A DNA stretch of 48,937 nt from an uncultured Anaerolineae bacterium (GCA_964461615.1 CAYWWC010000002.1:1-48937), one strand, 5' to 3'; numbered from the stretch's first letter, positions 1 through 8,325 are shown. Program-made: numbers and translations. The notes: generated from the letters alone by a model not told the origin.

Positions 1-55
1 CGAGGGTAATTTCAGCGAGGTATTTGTTCCACTCGCGAATTTTATCTGGGCTTTG
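1..55. repeat. 55-bp terminal direct repeat (assembly overlap), left copy
   Basis: cgagggtaat...gggctttg is identical to 48883-48937. Confidence 0.97.
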
Positions 56-499
56 CGTGCTGGCTCTACGCCCCCAATGTATTGCCCATTTGTGAGCTTG
101 ATCCCGCTGCACTATAATTCGACGGATTTCGCTTTGAGCGTTGAGGTGTTTGTCCTGTAACAGGTCTCGCTGCTCCTCGGCCTGTTCGGCGCGTTCCTGC
201 TTTGCCATGACCGAAACTTTGTATCCATCAGAAGTGCTCTTCAGCTTCTTGTATTGCTCCTTCAACTCCTCGATCTGCGCGTCTTTGTCCTCCTGCTCCT
301 TGCGCCACTCGGCGTTCAGAGCGTCACAGACACGGGTGGCAGGGAAGAGAGTTGTACTAAGAGGATTAATACGAATCATGTTGTTTTTGGTTTCCAAACC
401 ATATTTCAACGTAACATCACCGCAAGGGTGATGAGCTATAACATCGACTGGCATGAGATACCGCTTGGAAAGTTGTGGTCTTTCTTTAATTCGTTCCAT
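1..499 (-). CDS. 5' part of a ~284-aa coiled-coil hypothetical protein spanning the circular junction (499->1, then 48882->48527)
   Basis: ATG at 499 preceded by AAGGAGAGG; hand translation (MERIKERPQL...EQEDKDAQIEELKEQYKKLK...) is stop-free across the junction and in frame with ORF 48527..48715. Confidence 0.85.
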   Translation of the reverse strand, partial: MERIKERPQLSKRYLMPVDVIAHHPCGDVTLKYGLETKNNMIRINPLSTTLFPATRVCDALNAEWRKEQEDKDAQIEELKEQYKKLKSTSDGYKVSVMAKQERAEQAEEQRDLLQDKHLNAQSEIRRIIVQRDQAHKWAIHWGRRASTQSPDKIREWNKYLAEITL

Positions 500-522
500 C
501 TTTTTCCCTCTCCTTTTCAAAG

Positions 523-579
523 GACCGGGGTGGGCCACCGATTAATAGCCCGCTTTTAACGGCAGTGGCCCATCCGGTC
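523..579. other. Long irregular hairpin between the tRNA-like element and the RBS of the junction-spanning gene
   Basis: GACCGGGGTGGGCCAC (523-538) pairs with GTGGCCCATCCGGTC (565-579); possible inner TTAA/TTAA and AGC/GCT pairs. Confidence 0.6.
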
Positions 580-598
580 ACAGCCTTTTTTCTTCTTG

Positions 599-744
599 CT
601 CCCACGGCAGGACTCGAACCTGCACTTGGACTTTCCGGGCTTGTAAGACGTTCCGTAGACTTGTTTCCACCGGCAATCTAGGTTGTTCGCAACACCTTTC
701 GGATAGCCTTCCCCTAGTGCGTCTACCAATTCCGCCACGTGGGA
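599..744 (-). ncRNA. tRNA-like RNA (Leu-type D and T arms) with expanded anticodon loop and variable region
   Basis: Acceptor TCCCACG/CGTGGGA, D arm GCG-GAATTGGTAGA-CGC, stem CTAGG/CCTAG enclosing 30 nt, 54-nt variable region, T arm GCAGG-TTCGAGT-CCTGC; no encoded CCA. Confidence 0.75.
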
Positions 745-805
745 ACCATATCTAAAACAGCCCACAGCAACGCACTGACTGTGGGCTGGCTGCAACGGGC
801 AGTAA

Positions 806-1570
806 TTACTCTGTGCGTTCCGCTGGATCACCACCGGTGGAGGACAAATCAATCGGTGGTTCTTCCGTCTCAACAATTGATTTTGCTTCCTTGTGTGGAT
901 CTTTTGGATCGGCTTCAGAATGAAGTTCTTCGGTGGTTTCTGAAGTTTCCTGACGGGTATCAGTAACTTCGTGATCTACTTCAACGGGCGGTGTCACTTC
1001 TTCTTTGCTCATTTTCCTCAGACCTTCGTTGATCTGTGGCCACAGTACATTCAATGAGGCTTCCATAGCAGAAGCCCGCCTGATGGCTTCACCTGCTGTG
1101 GCGATCAAAGCTTCTTGACCAAATGGGGATGGCATGGACATAAGACCTTTTTTGTCTTGAAGAAGCTCGTGTAGTTCAACCACAAGGTTCTGACGGGATG
1201 AAAGATTGTCAGGATGATGAAAATAGCAGATTTCTCCTGCAAATCCGCCGCTGACTGCTGCTGCAAGCTTGTCTTTCATGTCATCAGGGATTTTTTCTTC
1301 AAACTGTTCGAGCACCTTGTCCTTGTTTGTTTCAACCCGTTCGTGAGTGGTGATTTGAAGAATTGCGCCATCGTTGAAACCGGTGACGGCAATGTTTTTC
1401 AGGGCATCGAAGATCCCTTCAAGGAACCTGTCTTCACTGGCCTCACGATGAGGTTCATTTTCGGCCTTGTGCATACGCTCAAGGTCTTCAAGCGTAAGGT
1501 CGTTCCAGATGGTGCTCATGAGTGGGAACAGCAAGAATGGCAGTTTTGCTATGAATTCTTCACGCTTCAT
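806..1570 (-). CDS. Hypothetical protein with acidic disordered C-terminus
   Basis: 254-aa ORF, GGAG upstream, overlaps the upstream gene end. Confidence 0.75.
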   Translation of the reverse strand: MKREEFIAKLPFLLFPLMSTIWNDLTLEDLERMHKAENEPHREASEDRFLEGIFDALKNIAVTGFNDGAILQITTHERVETNKDKVLEQFEEKIPDDMKDKLAAAVSGGFAGEICYFHHPDNLSSRQNLVVELHELLQDKKGLMSMPSPFGQEALIATAGEAIRRASAMEASLNVLWPQINEGLRKMSKEEVTPPVEVDHEVTDTRQETSETTEELHSEADPKDPHKEAKSIVETEEPPIDLSSTGGDPAERTE

Positions 1571-1823
1571 CGTTCGTTCTCCGGTGGTGTGGTCTTGATG
1601 GGCCTATTGAACCGTATCGCTTGTGAAAACCAAGTCCACTTCTGACATCAATCACAATTGTTGTGCTTGGTATGTAGTCAGAATGCTTGTGTTTTTTGTA
1701 AGACGATGGTGGTTCAGCAATAATGGCTTGTTTGGGGAAAAAGCGGTCTCGGAAATCAGCCATTGGAATATCCAGACCTTCGAATTTCCCGTTGTGATGG
1801 TTCATACCATCAAACGAGTTCAC
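1560..1823 (-). CDS. Hypothetical protein
   Basis: 87-aa ORF tiling between neighbouring minus-strand genes. Confidence 0.55.
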   Translation of the reverse strand: MNSFDGMNHHNGKFEGLDIPMADFRDRFFPKQAIIAEPPSSYKKHKHSDYIPSTTIVIDVRSGLGFHKRYGSIGPSRPHHRRTNDEA

Positions 1824-2037
1824 ATTCGTTCACATTTGCCAGAACGTATCCGATCCAGCCCATTTTGTCGGTTGCGAAGAAATATTCATCTCTGTATTTT
1901 TTATGACCGGTAATCTTCGCCTTTGTACCTGCTTCGGCACACACACTACCACAGCAAATCTGTTCTTTGGTGAACTTGATCTTTCTGTCCACATACTGGT
2001 CAAGATTGTCAAGGTCAAACTTCTGTTTTTCCGACAT
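1810..2037 (-). CDS. Small hypothetical beta-rich protein
   Basis: 75-aa ORF with GGAGG RBS. Confidence 0.7.
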   Translation of the reverse strand: MSEKQKFDLDNLDQYVDRKIKFTKEQICCGSVCAEAGTKAKITGHKKYRDEYFFATDKMGWIGYVLANVNECELV

Positions 2038-2073
2038 CTTTCTGTCCTCCAGTGATCGTGTTGTAAAACAAGT

Positions 2074-2149
2074 AAAACGGGATGATCGTTCTGCTCATAA
2101 CAGAAACGGAGCTTATGGGGGAAGTAGAGCCCTATTATCATCCCGTTTT
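2074..2149. repeat. Intergenic inverted repeat / long hairpin
   Basis: AAAACGGGATGAT (2074-2086) and ATCATCCCGTTTT (2137-2149) form a perfect 13-bp stem, with further inner and outer pairing. Confidence 0.75.
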
Positions 2150-2171
2150 GTATCGTTACTGACCGGTTTGA

Positions 2172-3209
2172 TCAATCGTCGTCGTTGCGAAGGAGATCGA
2201 CAGAGAAAACTCCGGTTTCCTTGTCGAAGATGACCGCTTCGTCGTTCATCAAATGAGTTTCATATTCATCATGAATCATCAAACGAAGACGTTGAGCCTC
2301 GATGCTGGTCGGGCCGTCGGCAAGGGGCCAGCCAGCATAAACGGTTTGTGCTTTCTTTTTGCGACTCAACGCAAGTTCAATGGATGGCATGATCCGTGTG
2401 TTGAAGAAGCGAGTCAGTTCGGTCTTGGTTGTTTCAGTTGTCGGGCTCACGATGTTGTCCTCCAGCTTTGTTTGTTCAAGGAAATCCTCAAAATCGAAAC
2501 TATCAAAATCAATGGTAGATGCGCCATAAGTCAGGATGTCAAGAATTGCACCTGTGTTGTTACTGAGGGTTGGTTTTGGTCTAAGGCATGTATCAACAAA
2601 TGCCCGATGCTTTCGAGTTATTTCACCGTCATGTATATCTTCTGAATCTGTGTCTTTTCCTGCCGGGAGATAGAAAAAGAAACGATCAGTAGTAGGGTCA
2701 GGAGCATGAGGCAGCCTGTCTAAACATTTACGTGTTGTTGAAGACAGACCTTTCCACTTTACTCTGGAGAAATGTATCCTGAAAGCGTTGAAGAAATCGT
2801 CGTTGACAGCAGGTAAATCTAAGGCAGAAAACGGGTTTTCTTCAACCTGTTTATCTGCAGCTAGAATACGTTTTAACCGGTTATCAGTCAGTCCTTCAAC
2901 AGGGCGACCACTTTGATTAAGAGAGTGAACAAGTTGTTCAATACGGTCGGTACTGGCCGAATCTGTGTGAAAGGCTTTTGTCAGTGCAACACTGTTATGA
3001 AGATCGGCTTCAGGTTGTTCGTCAACGATTGCAATGACGATTGATTCTTGCCAATGCATAAAGTCAGACAACAGTTCATGACCGTTTTCGATGGTGATCT
3101 CGTTCAGGTATGCCTGACCCTTTTTACTACATTGGTGAAAGACGGATAGAGGATATTCTATCAGTCGATACAGAGTATGGTTGTCGTAGTAATGCTTTAA
3201 TGATCTCAT
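2172..3209 (-). CDS. Hypothetical protein
   Basis: 345-aa ORF, GGAGG RBS, ATGA overlap with the upstream gene; no family recognised. Confidence 0.8.
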   Translation of the reverse strand: MRSLKHYYDNHTLYRLIEYPLSVFHQCSKKGQAYLNEITIENGHELLSDFMHWQESIVIAIVDEQPEADLHNSVALTKAFHTDSASTDRIEQLVHSLNQSGRPVEGLTDNRLKRILAADKQVEENPFSALDLPAVNDDFFNAFRIHFSRVKWKGLSSTTRKCLDRLPHAPDPTTDRFFFYLPAGKDTDSEDIHDGEITRKHRAFVDTCLRPKPTLSNNTGAILDILTYGASTIDFDSFDFEDFLEQTKLEDNIVSPTTETTKTELTRFFNTRIMPSIELALSRKKKAQTVYAGWPLADGPTSIEAQRLRLMIHDEYETHLMNDEAVIFDKETGVFSVDLLRNDDD

Positions 3210-3406
3210 CCTCCCCCCTTGTATAAACCGGTTGCTTTGAAATCAATGTATGTTAATGCTGTGAAGACACCAACAGCGAAGAGATACCATGTGTGGGTGC
3301 CTTCAGGGAAGAACTGCCAGTTTGGCACAACCACGATAACAAGGATCGCAAAGCGACCAATACCAGTGATCAGGGTTGTGAGTTTGACCATTTGTGGTAT
3401 TCTCAC
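3206..3406 (-). CDS. Small membrane protein (2 hydrophobic segments)
   Basis: 66 aa, GGAGG RBS, GTGA overlap, two hydrophobic stretches. Confidence 0.65.
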   Translation of the reverse strand: MRIPQMVKLTTLITGIGRFAILVIVVVPNWQFFPEGTHTWYLFAVGVFTALTYIDFKATGLYKGGG

Positions 3407-3591
3407 GATGGAATCACCTCCAATCCTTCGTTGACAGCCCTAGTAGCATAGCTGTTCATTAAATGTGCCGAACTCTCAGCCTCTTCCAAACGACGATACC
3501 AGTAACCATCAAGAAAGAAACCTTTTCCTGTGTTCCACAAACCATAACGACGAAGGTCTTGGTTCCAAGCAACTATCCATTCAGTCATCAT
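3403..3591 (-). CDS. Hypothetical protein
   Basis: 62 aa, GGAGG upstream, tiles with neighbours. Confidence 0.65.
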   Translation of the reverse strand: MMTEWIVAWNQDLRRYGLWNTGKGFFLDGYWYRRLEEAESSAHLMNSYATRAVNEGLEVIPS

Positions 3592-3823
3592 GTTTCATGA
3601 CCTCCACTATCCAATCGTTAGACACATCAACAGCCCACGTTGGGGATGACTCACGTTTAGACTTACCAATAGATAAATATCCATGTTCTCTGCGTTTATA
3701 CATGGCTTGCCAAGTTCGCTGCTTCTTATCAGGAATGATGCCAAAATACACACCTTGCCTCAATCCACAATAATCACCAACAAACAACAAACCAGCATGG
3801 AATACGTTTCTACCGTCTCTCAC
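3581..3823 (-). CDS. Hypothetical protein
   Basis: 80 aa, GTG start, tiles with the downstream gene. Confidence 0.55.
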   Translation of the reverse strand: MRDGRNVFHAGLLFVGDYCGLRQGVYFGIIPDKKQRTWQAMYKRREHGYLSIGKSKRESSPTWAVDVSNDWIVEVMKHDD

Positions 3824-3893
3824 GAAATCATCCCCGTTGCAGGAATATACAGGGGTTTCTAGCAGAGTACCACACTTTTCTGCAAAACCCCTT

Positions 3894-3915
3894 AAAAAGG
3901 GGGAACAAGTCCCCC
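3894..3915 (-). terminator. Intrinsic terminator after the first early-arm gene
   Basis: GGGGGA-CTTGT-TCCCCC followed by TTTTT, just after the stop at 3922. Confidence 0.75.
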
Positions 3916-3921
3916 ATGATG

Positions 3922-4302
3922 CTACGACATTACTTCATCTTCGACAGCTACTGACTCTTCAAGCTCATCAGTACAGCTGTCATCCATAGGGGCTACAACG
4001 ATCTTCACATAGCCACGCTTGGACATTACATCCTTGTGACCTTCAGCAGTCATACCACTACCTTCAGTAGCAGCAATTGAATACCTGTCCAGTACTTCAC
4101 CACTGTCAGCATCAACAATATCAACATATGCAGAATCAGACAGCTTACCGAATGATGGTAGAGCACAACGATTGTAGATGGTGATCCAATCATTGAGTTC
4201 AGTATCACTCGCACGAATAGAAGACATGATCTTACCAGCCTTCACCTGCTTACTTGTACGTGCTACCTTACACGCATCAGAGAACATGAATCGTACACGC
4301 AT
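3922..4302 (-). CDS. First gene of the minus arm, hypothetical with acidic C-terminus
   Basis: 126 aa, strong GGAGG RBS, own terminator. Confidence 0.8.
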   Translation of the reverse strand: MRVRFMFSDACKVARTSKQVKAGKIMSSIRASDTELNDWITIYNRCALPSFGKLSDSAYVDIVDADSGEVLDRYSIAATEGSGMTAEGHKDVMSKRGYVKIVVAPMDDSCTDELEESVAVEDEVMS

Positions 4303-4604
4303 GACTAACCTCCAGTTAAGTTAAACTACCAACCATTCCCCTCTCCTCAAAAGAAGACCCCCATAGACCTAAAAGACCGGTATAGGAAGGAAATCGAAGG
4401 TATACCCCCTCTACACAAATCCCAACTATTTCGTTTCCAATTATTTTTTTCCTCCCTGTTTTCCATATTTTTTTCATAGAAAATCCCCCTGATTTTTTTA
4501 TCAGAGGGATATATATATATGATAAAGCATGTCGGCTGCTGTCGCCCCGGTAAGGTACGGTTGAGATTCTTTCTTGTCAAGAACTCTTTTTATTTTTGTT
4601 CAGT

Positions 4605-4634
4605 TTGTTGGAGTCCACCTGTTGTTCGTATATT
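4605..4634 (+). promoter_or_regulatory. Putative sigma70-like promoter for the + arm
   Basis: TTGTTG-N18-TATATT with TTCG before the -10 box, same style as sites at 42559 and 47211. Confidence 0.45.
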
Positions 4635-4784
4635 GTGGTTCGACGGTGTGATCTGTGTTCTTCGTCCGCACCGAATCTCCAGTGGACCCCCGATGGGCTT
4701 GACCAACCTGTCGGGGTCTCTTTTTGGTCTTGCGTGGGCTCTTCCGTATGGGCTATATTGTCTGCACACACTGGAGAACAGTAG

Positions 4785-5039
4785 ATGACATCAATGGTCA
4801 ACAATTCAAAGGGCTTGGGTCGCAGGCAGAAGTTTATTTTGAAGAATCTGGGCAGTGTCCCGTTCAATACGCCTTCCGGCCTTTCCCAAGCGTTTTACGG
4901 TAAAACAGACCCCAATCACCGGAAAATGATCTGGAGATCATTGCAAAATCTGCGTGGGCGGGGTTTTGTGTACGTGATTGAGGGTAGATATAGCCTGACG
5001 GTAGAAGGGAGCAACCTTGTATCAAGTTTACAGCAGTGA
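4785..5039 (+). CDS. Winged helix-turn-helix protein
   Basis: W..L..L..RG.V...G.YSLT.EG wing motif; GGAG RBS; similar to 40280..40525. Confidence 0.75.
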   Translation: MTSMVNNSKGLGRRQKFILKNLGSVPFNTPSGLSQAFYGKTDPNHRKMIWRSLQNLRGRGFVYVIEGRYSLTVEGSNLVSSLQQ

Positions 5040-5118
5040 TTTCCTGATTTTACCGTCAATGAAGCGCGGGAACTCCGGCGGCATTTTGGAGCAATTTATT
5101 GCGGCGGGTGAGGATAAT

Positions 5119-5340
5119 ATGTTTATCCTGCGTCGAAAATATGCTGATGATCAGCAAAAACGGGCTGAATCTTACGTTGAGACCCTTTCTGGGAAAAAGG
5201 GTTGCAGTATGGTTGTCATGATCACGCCGAAAGGGGCAAAAGTCTTCTATCGGCACGGTAAAGAGGTTGAATTTCTGGCAGAGGAGGATTACGATGCCGC
5301 AGGAGAAATCGAATTTATTGCCTCGAAAACACAATTATGA
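5119..5340 (+). CDS. Hypothetical protein
   Basis: In ORF 5017..5340; start chosen at the ATG after GAGG. Confidence 0.55.
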   Translation: MFILRRKYADDQQKRAESYVETLSGKKGCSMVVMITPKGAKVFYRHGKEVEFLAEEDYDAAGEIEFIASKTQL

Positions 5341-5758
5341 TCGTGATGATCCGTTTGACATTGATCCGGCCTTCCAAACGCGGTTGGAAGCTGAAAACAT
5401 AGCCCAGATGGCTGAAATTGATGAAGAAAATGATGTTACAATGAGCCAGCTGGCAGACGCAATCGAGGTAGAACATGAAGCAAAGGCAGCTCTCGGTGAG
5501 GATGTCACTGTTTCGGCAGAAACAAGGCCCGATGGGGCAGTGGGAGAGCAATTTGAATGGATCAGGGGGATACGTTTACGACAAAAAGCCCGGAGTGAAG
5601 GAAGAACTGTCGAGTCGGGGGATAGCGTTGACACAGGCTGTCGAAAATATGAACAAACCCCAACCAGCAAAAAGCACGGCGGTGTAGTCACCCGTCACAA
5701 GCCATATGTCGACAAGCGTACCGCGCAGCAGCGCAAGGAGATGGGCGAAGATGGATAA
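5294..5758 (+). CDS. Hypothetical protein (acidic N-half, basic C-half)
   Basis: In ORF 5267..5758; GAGGAGG precedes ATG 5294. Confidence 0.65.
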   Translation: MPQEKSNLLPRKHNYDRDDPFDIDPAFQTRLEAENIAQMAEIDEENDVTMSQLADAIEVEHEAKAALGEDVTVSAETRPDGAVGEQFEWIRGIRLRQKARSEGRTVESGDSVDTGCRKYEQTPTSKKHGGVVTRHKPYVDKRTAQQRKEMGEDG

Positions 5759-6413
5759 GTTCACAAAGGTTTGCTTGAGGATTGAAGAAAATGAAGGTGG
5801 AATTTCCAACGATTCAGCAGATCCGGGAGGTCTCACGATCTTTGGTATTACCGAGCGAGATTGGGGAGAAGAGTTCTTCTGGGATATTCTTAGAGATGCT
5901 ATTGAAGAAAATAGTGGAAAGGTCGCCGGAATACGTCTCTCTATTGAGGACAATTCACGCATCCGGGCTCGGACAAGGACCATCATGCGTGAGCATTACT
6001 ATGACCAGATCGGCGCAAGGGAAGATTTTGTCCCACTCCGTCTTGCATACTTGCTTACAGACCATGCCTTCAACGCCGGAGTCGCCAGAACGGGTCGCCT
6101 TCTTCAGTCCGCGCTTAATGACATTGCCGACCAAGAATTCCGTCAAGTCCAGAAAAAGGCCCGAAAACGAGGCGGAACAGTAAAACGGAAAATGCCCCGG
6201 CTGGTGGAAGACGGGGTTGTTGGTCGTAAAACGATAGAAATGATGAAATCGGCCGTCAAGGGGAATCGACTCGCTACGCTTTTGACTGTCATTGTCGCGA
6301 AAAGATTCGTATATTACACGCAACTCGCGAAACAGAATCCCGCGCTGTCAAAATATTGGTGGCACTGGGTTCAAAGGTGCCAGTTTGATCCCGAAGGAGG
6401 AGGTTCCTCATGA
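5751..6413 (+). CDS. Endolysin, glycosyl hydrolase family 108 with peptidoglycan-binding motif
   Basis: EGG..ND..DPGG.T.FGIT signature, D.A.N.G, LVEDGVVGRKT, C-terminal W..R. Confidence 0.9.
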   Translation: MDKFTKVCLRIEENEGGISNDSADPGGLTIFGITERDWGEEFFWDILRDAIEENSGKVAGIRLSIEDNSRIRARTRTIMREHYYDQIGAREDFVPLRLAYLLTDHAFNAGVARTGRLLQSALNDIADQEFRQVQKKARKRGGTVKRKMPRLVEDGVVGRKTIEMMKSAVKGNRLATLLTVIVAKRFVYYTQLAKQNPALSKYWWHWVQRCQFDPEGGGSS

Positions 6414-7276
6414 AATGGTTGGCGTTGTTTCTGACGCTGCTGGTTGGGTTGCTCACGTTTCTTGCGGTTCAGGCTGGTCCGCTCGAAACAGACGTTATTT
6501 ACATCCAAGATTCCACGATTATCTACGGTCAGGACTCGACATACGCCAATTATCATGTCGAATTCAAGTGGACAGACTGGGATTTGCTTGATGTCGGTAG
6601 CGATGTGACGAAAGGCAACAGTAGTTGGCCCAATCCGCGTGGTTTATCGTCTATTTTGTCCGGTTGGGCTCCATCGACGATGGAAGATGACAGTTTATGG
6701 TGTGTAGCTTGGGGTGATTCGGTCCATTTCGACTCAACCGAAAACCGAATGTACTGGTTGAGCAAGAAAAGGGACGATGCTGATGCTGGAGGTGCTTTTT
6801 CAGCGGCTGAACTGGCAGCATTCCAAGAAGACAACAGCATGAAAATCCGGCACTTCTTCTTCGAACGCACCTTCCCGTACTATTATGTTGAAGCCCACTG
6901 CGAAGTCCACGATTCTGGCACAGTTTACCTCATGTTCGGAACCGATACAGTCCTCACCCTGAATGCCGTTGAGTCTCAAACCGCTTATTATCGTCCGCCC
7001 AGAGCCAGCAGGGATATGGTTGCCTTGTTGAAAGCCGATACTTCGACTGGTACAGGCATGTATATCGACTCTATCAGGGCGGTTCCATGCAATGGTGATT
7101 GGGCCGGTATTCAGCCTGTGAATGGTGACGCGACCATCCATATCAGAGGAATGTATCGTGGTGATACCGTAGAAGATACCTTGATATTGAAAAACGGGTT
7201 TTATTACCCGCTACATGCAGGCTGGGTACAGTTGGTCAACGGTGATGCCCTGCTTTACAAGGATAATGAACCGTGA
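6410..7276 (+). CDS. Secreted (Sec signal peptide) beta-rich protein
   Basis: MKWLALFLTLLVGLLTFLAVQA|GP signal-like N-terminus; GGAGGAGG RBS; many D-S/T-hydrophobic triplets. Confidence 0.8.
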   Translation: MKWLALFLTLLVGLLTFLAVQAGPLETDVIYIQDSTIIYGQDSTYANYHVEFKWTDWDLLDVGSDVTKGNSSWPNPRGLSSILSGWAPSTMEDDSLWCVAWGDSVHFDSTENRMYWLSKKRDDADAGGAFSAAELAAFQEDNSMKIRHFFFERTFPYYYVEAHCEVHDSGTVYLMFGTDTVLTLNAVESQTAYYRPPRASRDMVALLKADTSTGTGMYIDSIRAVPCNGDWAGIQPVNGDATIHIRGMYRGDTVEDTLILKNGFYYPLHAGWVQLVNGDALLYKDNEP

Positions 7277-7300
7277 TAGGTACTACTGGAGATCGCAAGA

Positions 7301-7885
7301 ATGAAAAAAATCATTGGCTTGAAAATACCCCTGTGGGTTGTGATACTCCTGCTTGGTATTATGGGCTTTGCAGGAAGTTACTTCGGGAAGACGGAAGAAG
7401 TTGTCCATTTTCAAAAAATGGAAGTCCGTATCCCTGTTCCACAGCCGCCAAAGATTGAACAACAGATCGTTTACCGTGAGGCAAAAGTTGAGCGAGATAC
7501 AATTACGGTTGAGATCCCCGCTGGAACGGTTGTTGGTGATGGGGGACCGCTTAGGATCAGAGTTGGAAGAGATCGACGTAGCGACTACGATTTCGACTAC
7601 AGTAGTGCGTATGTCCCCCCAGACTCCGTTGAGTACATTGATTTTAGCAGTATTAACAGCACAACGAGCACATCAAGACCTGTTGATTCAGCTTGGATTA
7701 GACTCTTCGCATATACGGGCGTCAGGGCCGACTTCAGCACTCCATTATCGAGACACGAGTACGATAGATGGTTGCAGGGTGGTATCGGTGCTGAATCCAG
7801 ACGGATCGGCAGATTGTCGCTCGGAATGGACATTGGTTGGTGGCAAGGATGGAACGCAGGATTAACCGCAAAGGTGTGGTTATGA
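7301..7885 (+). CDS. Membrane-anchored protein with C-terminal amphipathic beta strands (spanin-like candidate)
   Basis: N-terminal TM helix; IVYREAKVERDTITV stalk; alternating C-terminal strands ending AGLTAKVWL; lysis-cluster context. Confidence 0.6.
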   Translation: MKKIIGLKIPLWVVILLLGIMGFAGSYFGKTEEVVHFQKMEVRIPVPQPPKIEQQIVYREAKVERDTITVEIPAGTVVGDGGPLRIRVGRDRRSDYDFDYSSAYVPPDSVEYIDFSSINSTTSTSRPVDSAWIRLFAYTGVRADFSTPLSRHEYDRWLQGGIGAESRRIGRLSLGMDIGWWQGWNAGLTAKVWL

Positions 7886-8325
7886 ACTGGATGGATAGAT
7901 ATTGGTGGGCTCCCGGTACTCTGGCTGTTTTGATTCTGGTAATTGCGCTTGTTGTTAAAGCCGATCCACCATTCAGTCCCAGCGGCGACTATTATATCCC
8001 AAACAGCGGGCTCCCAACAGCGTCGACGTTGTGTTATGTTGATGTTGATTGGGAAGAATGGGTTACTGTTGAGTTGCTTTTTGAATGGGACTGGTATGTC
8101 GTTTCGTCTGACAGTCTTCATGTCCTAGCTCTAAAAAAAGCCGTTGGCTTTACCGAGGAAGACGTTTCCCTGTTACATGATGTTCATGGATTAAACTACG
8201 GCGCAATTCTTTCTCGTGAAGATGGACAAGAGTTTTTTGACAAAGACTCAACTCTGTCTGGTCATTGGCATAACGGGCGGGTTGTTTCGCAGGATAGTCT
8301 CCTGATGGAGGAGTTTTGGGAATGA
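7882..8325 (+). CDS. Secreted or membrane-anchored hypothetical protein
   Basis: ATGA overlap; LAVLILVIALVVKA|DPP signal-like segment. Confidence 0.7.
   Translation: MNWMDRYWWAPGTLAVLILVIALVVKADPPFSPSGDYYIPNSGLPTASTLCYVDVDWEEWVTVELLFEWDWYVVSSDSLHVLALKKAVGFTEEDVSLLHDVHGLNYGAILSREDGQEFFDKDSTLSGHWHNGRVVSQDSLLMEEFWE

Noticed and set aside
599-744. Canonical tRNA-Leu, tmRNA or group I intron-containing tRNA
   Set aside because: No 7-nt anticodon loop, and the inserts (30 and 54 nt) are too short for tmRNA or a self-splicing intron; kept as a tRNA-like RNA
141-966. Plus-strand ORFs 141..431, 254..559, 739..966 and minus ORF 556..876
   Set aside because: They overlap the junction-spanning gene or the tRNA-like element and lack protein-like features
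4347-4867. ORFs 4347..4580, 4519..4788, 4577..4867 and 4596..4784 in the divergence spacer
   Set aside because: Mutually overlapping, no clear RBS, low-complexity AT tracts; more likely regulatory DNA, though a small gene cannot be excluded
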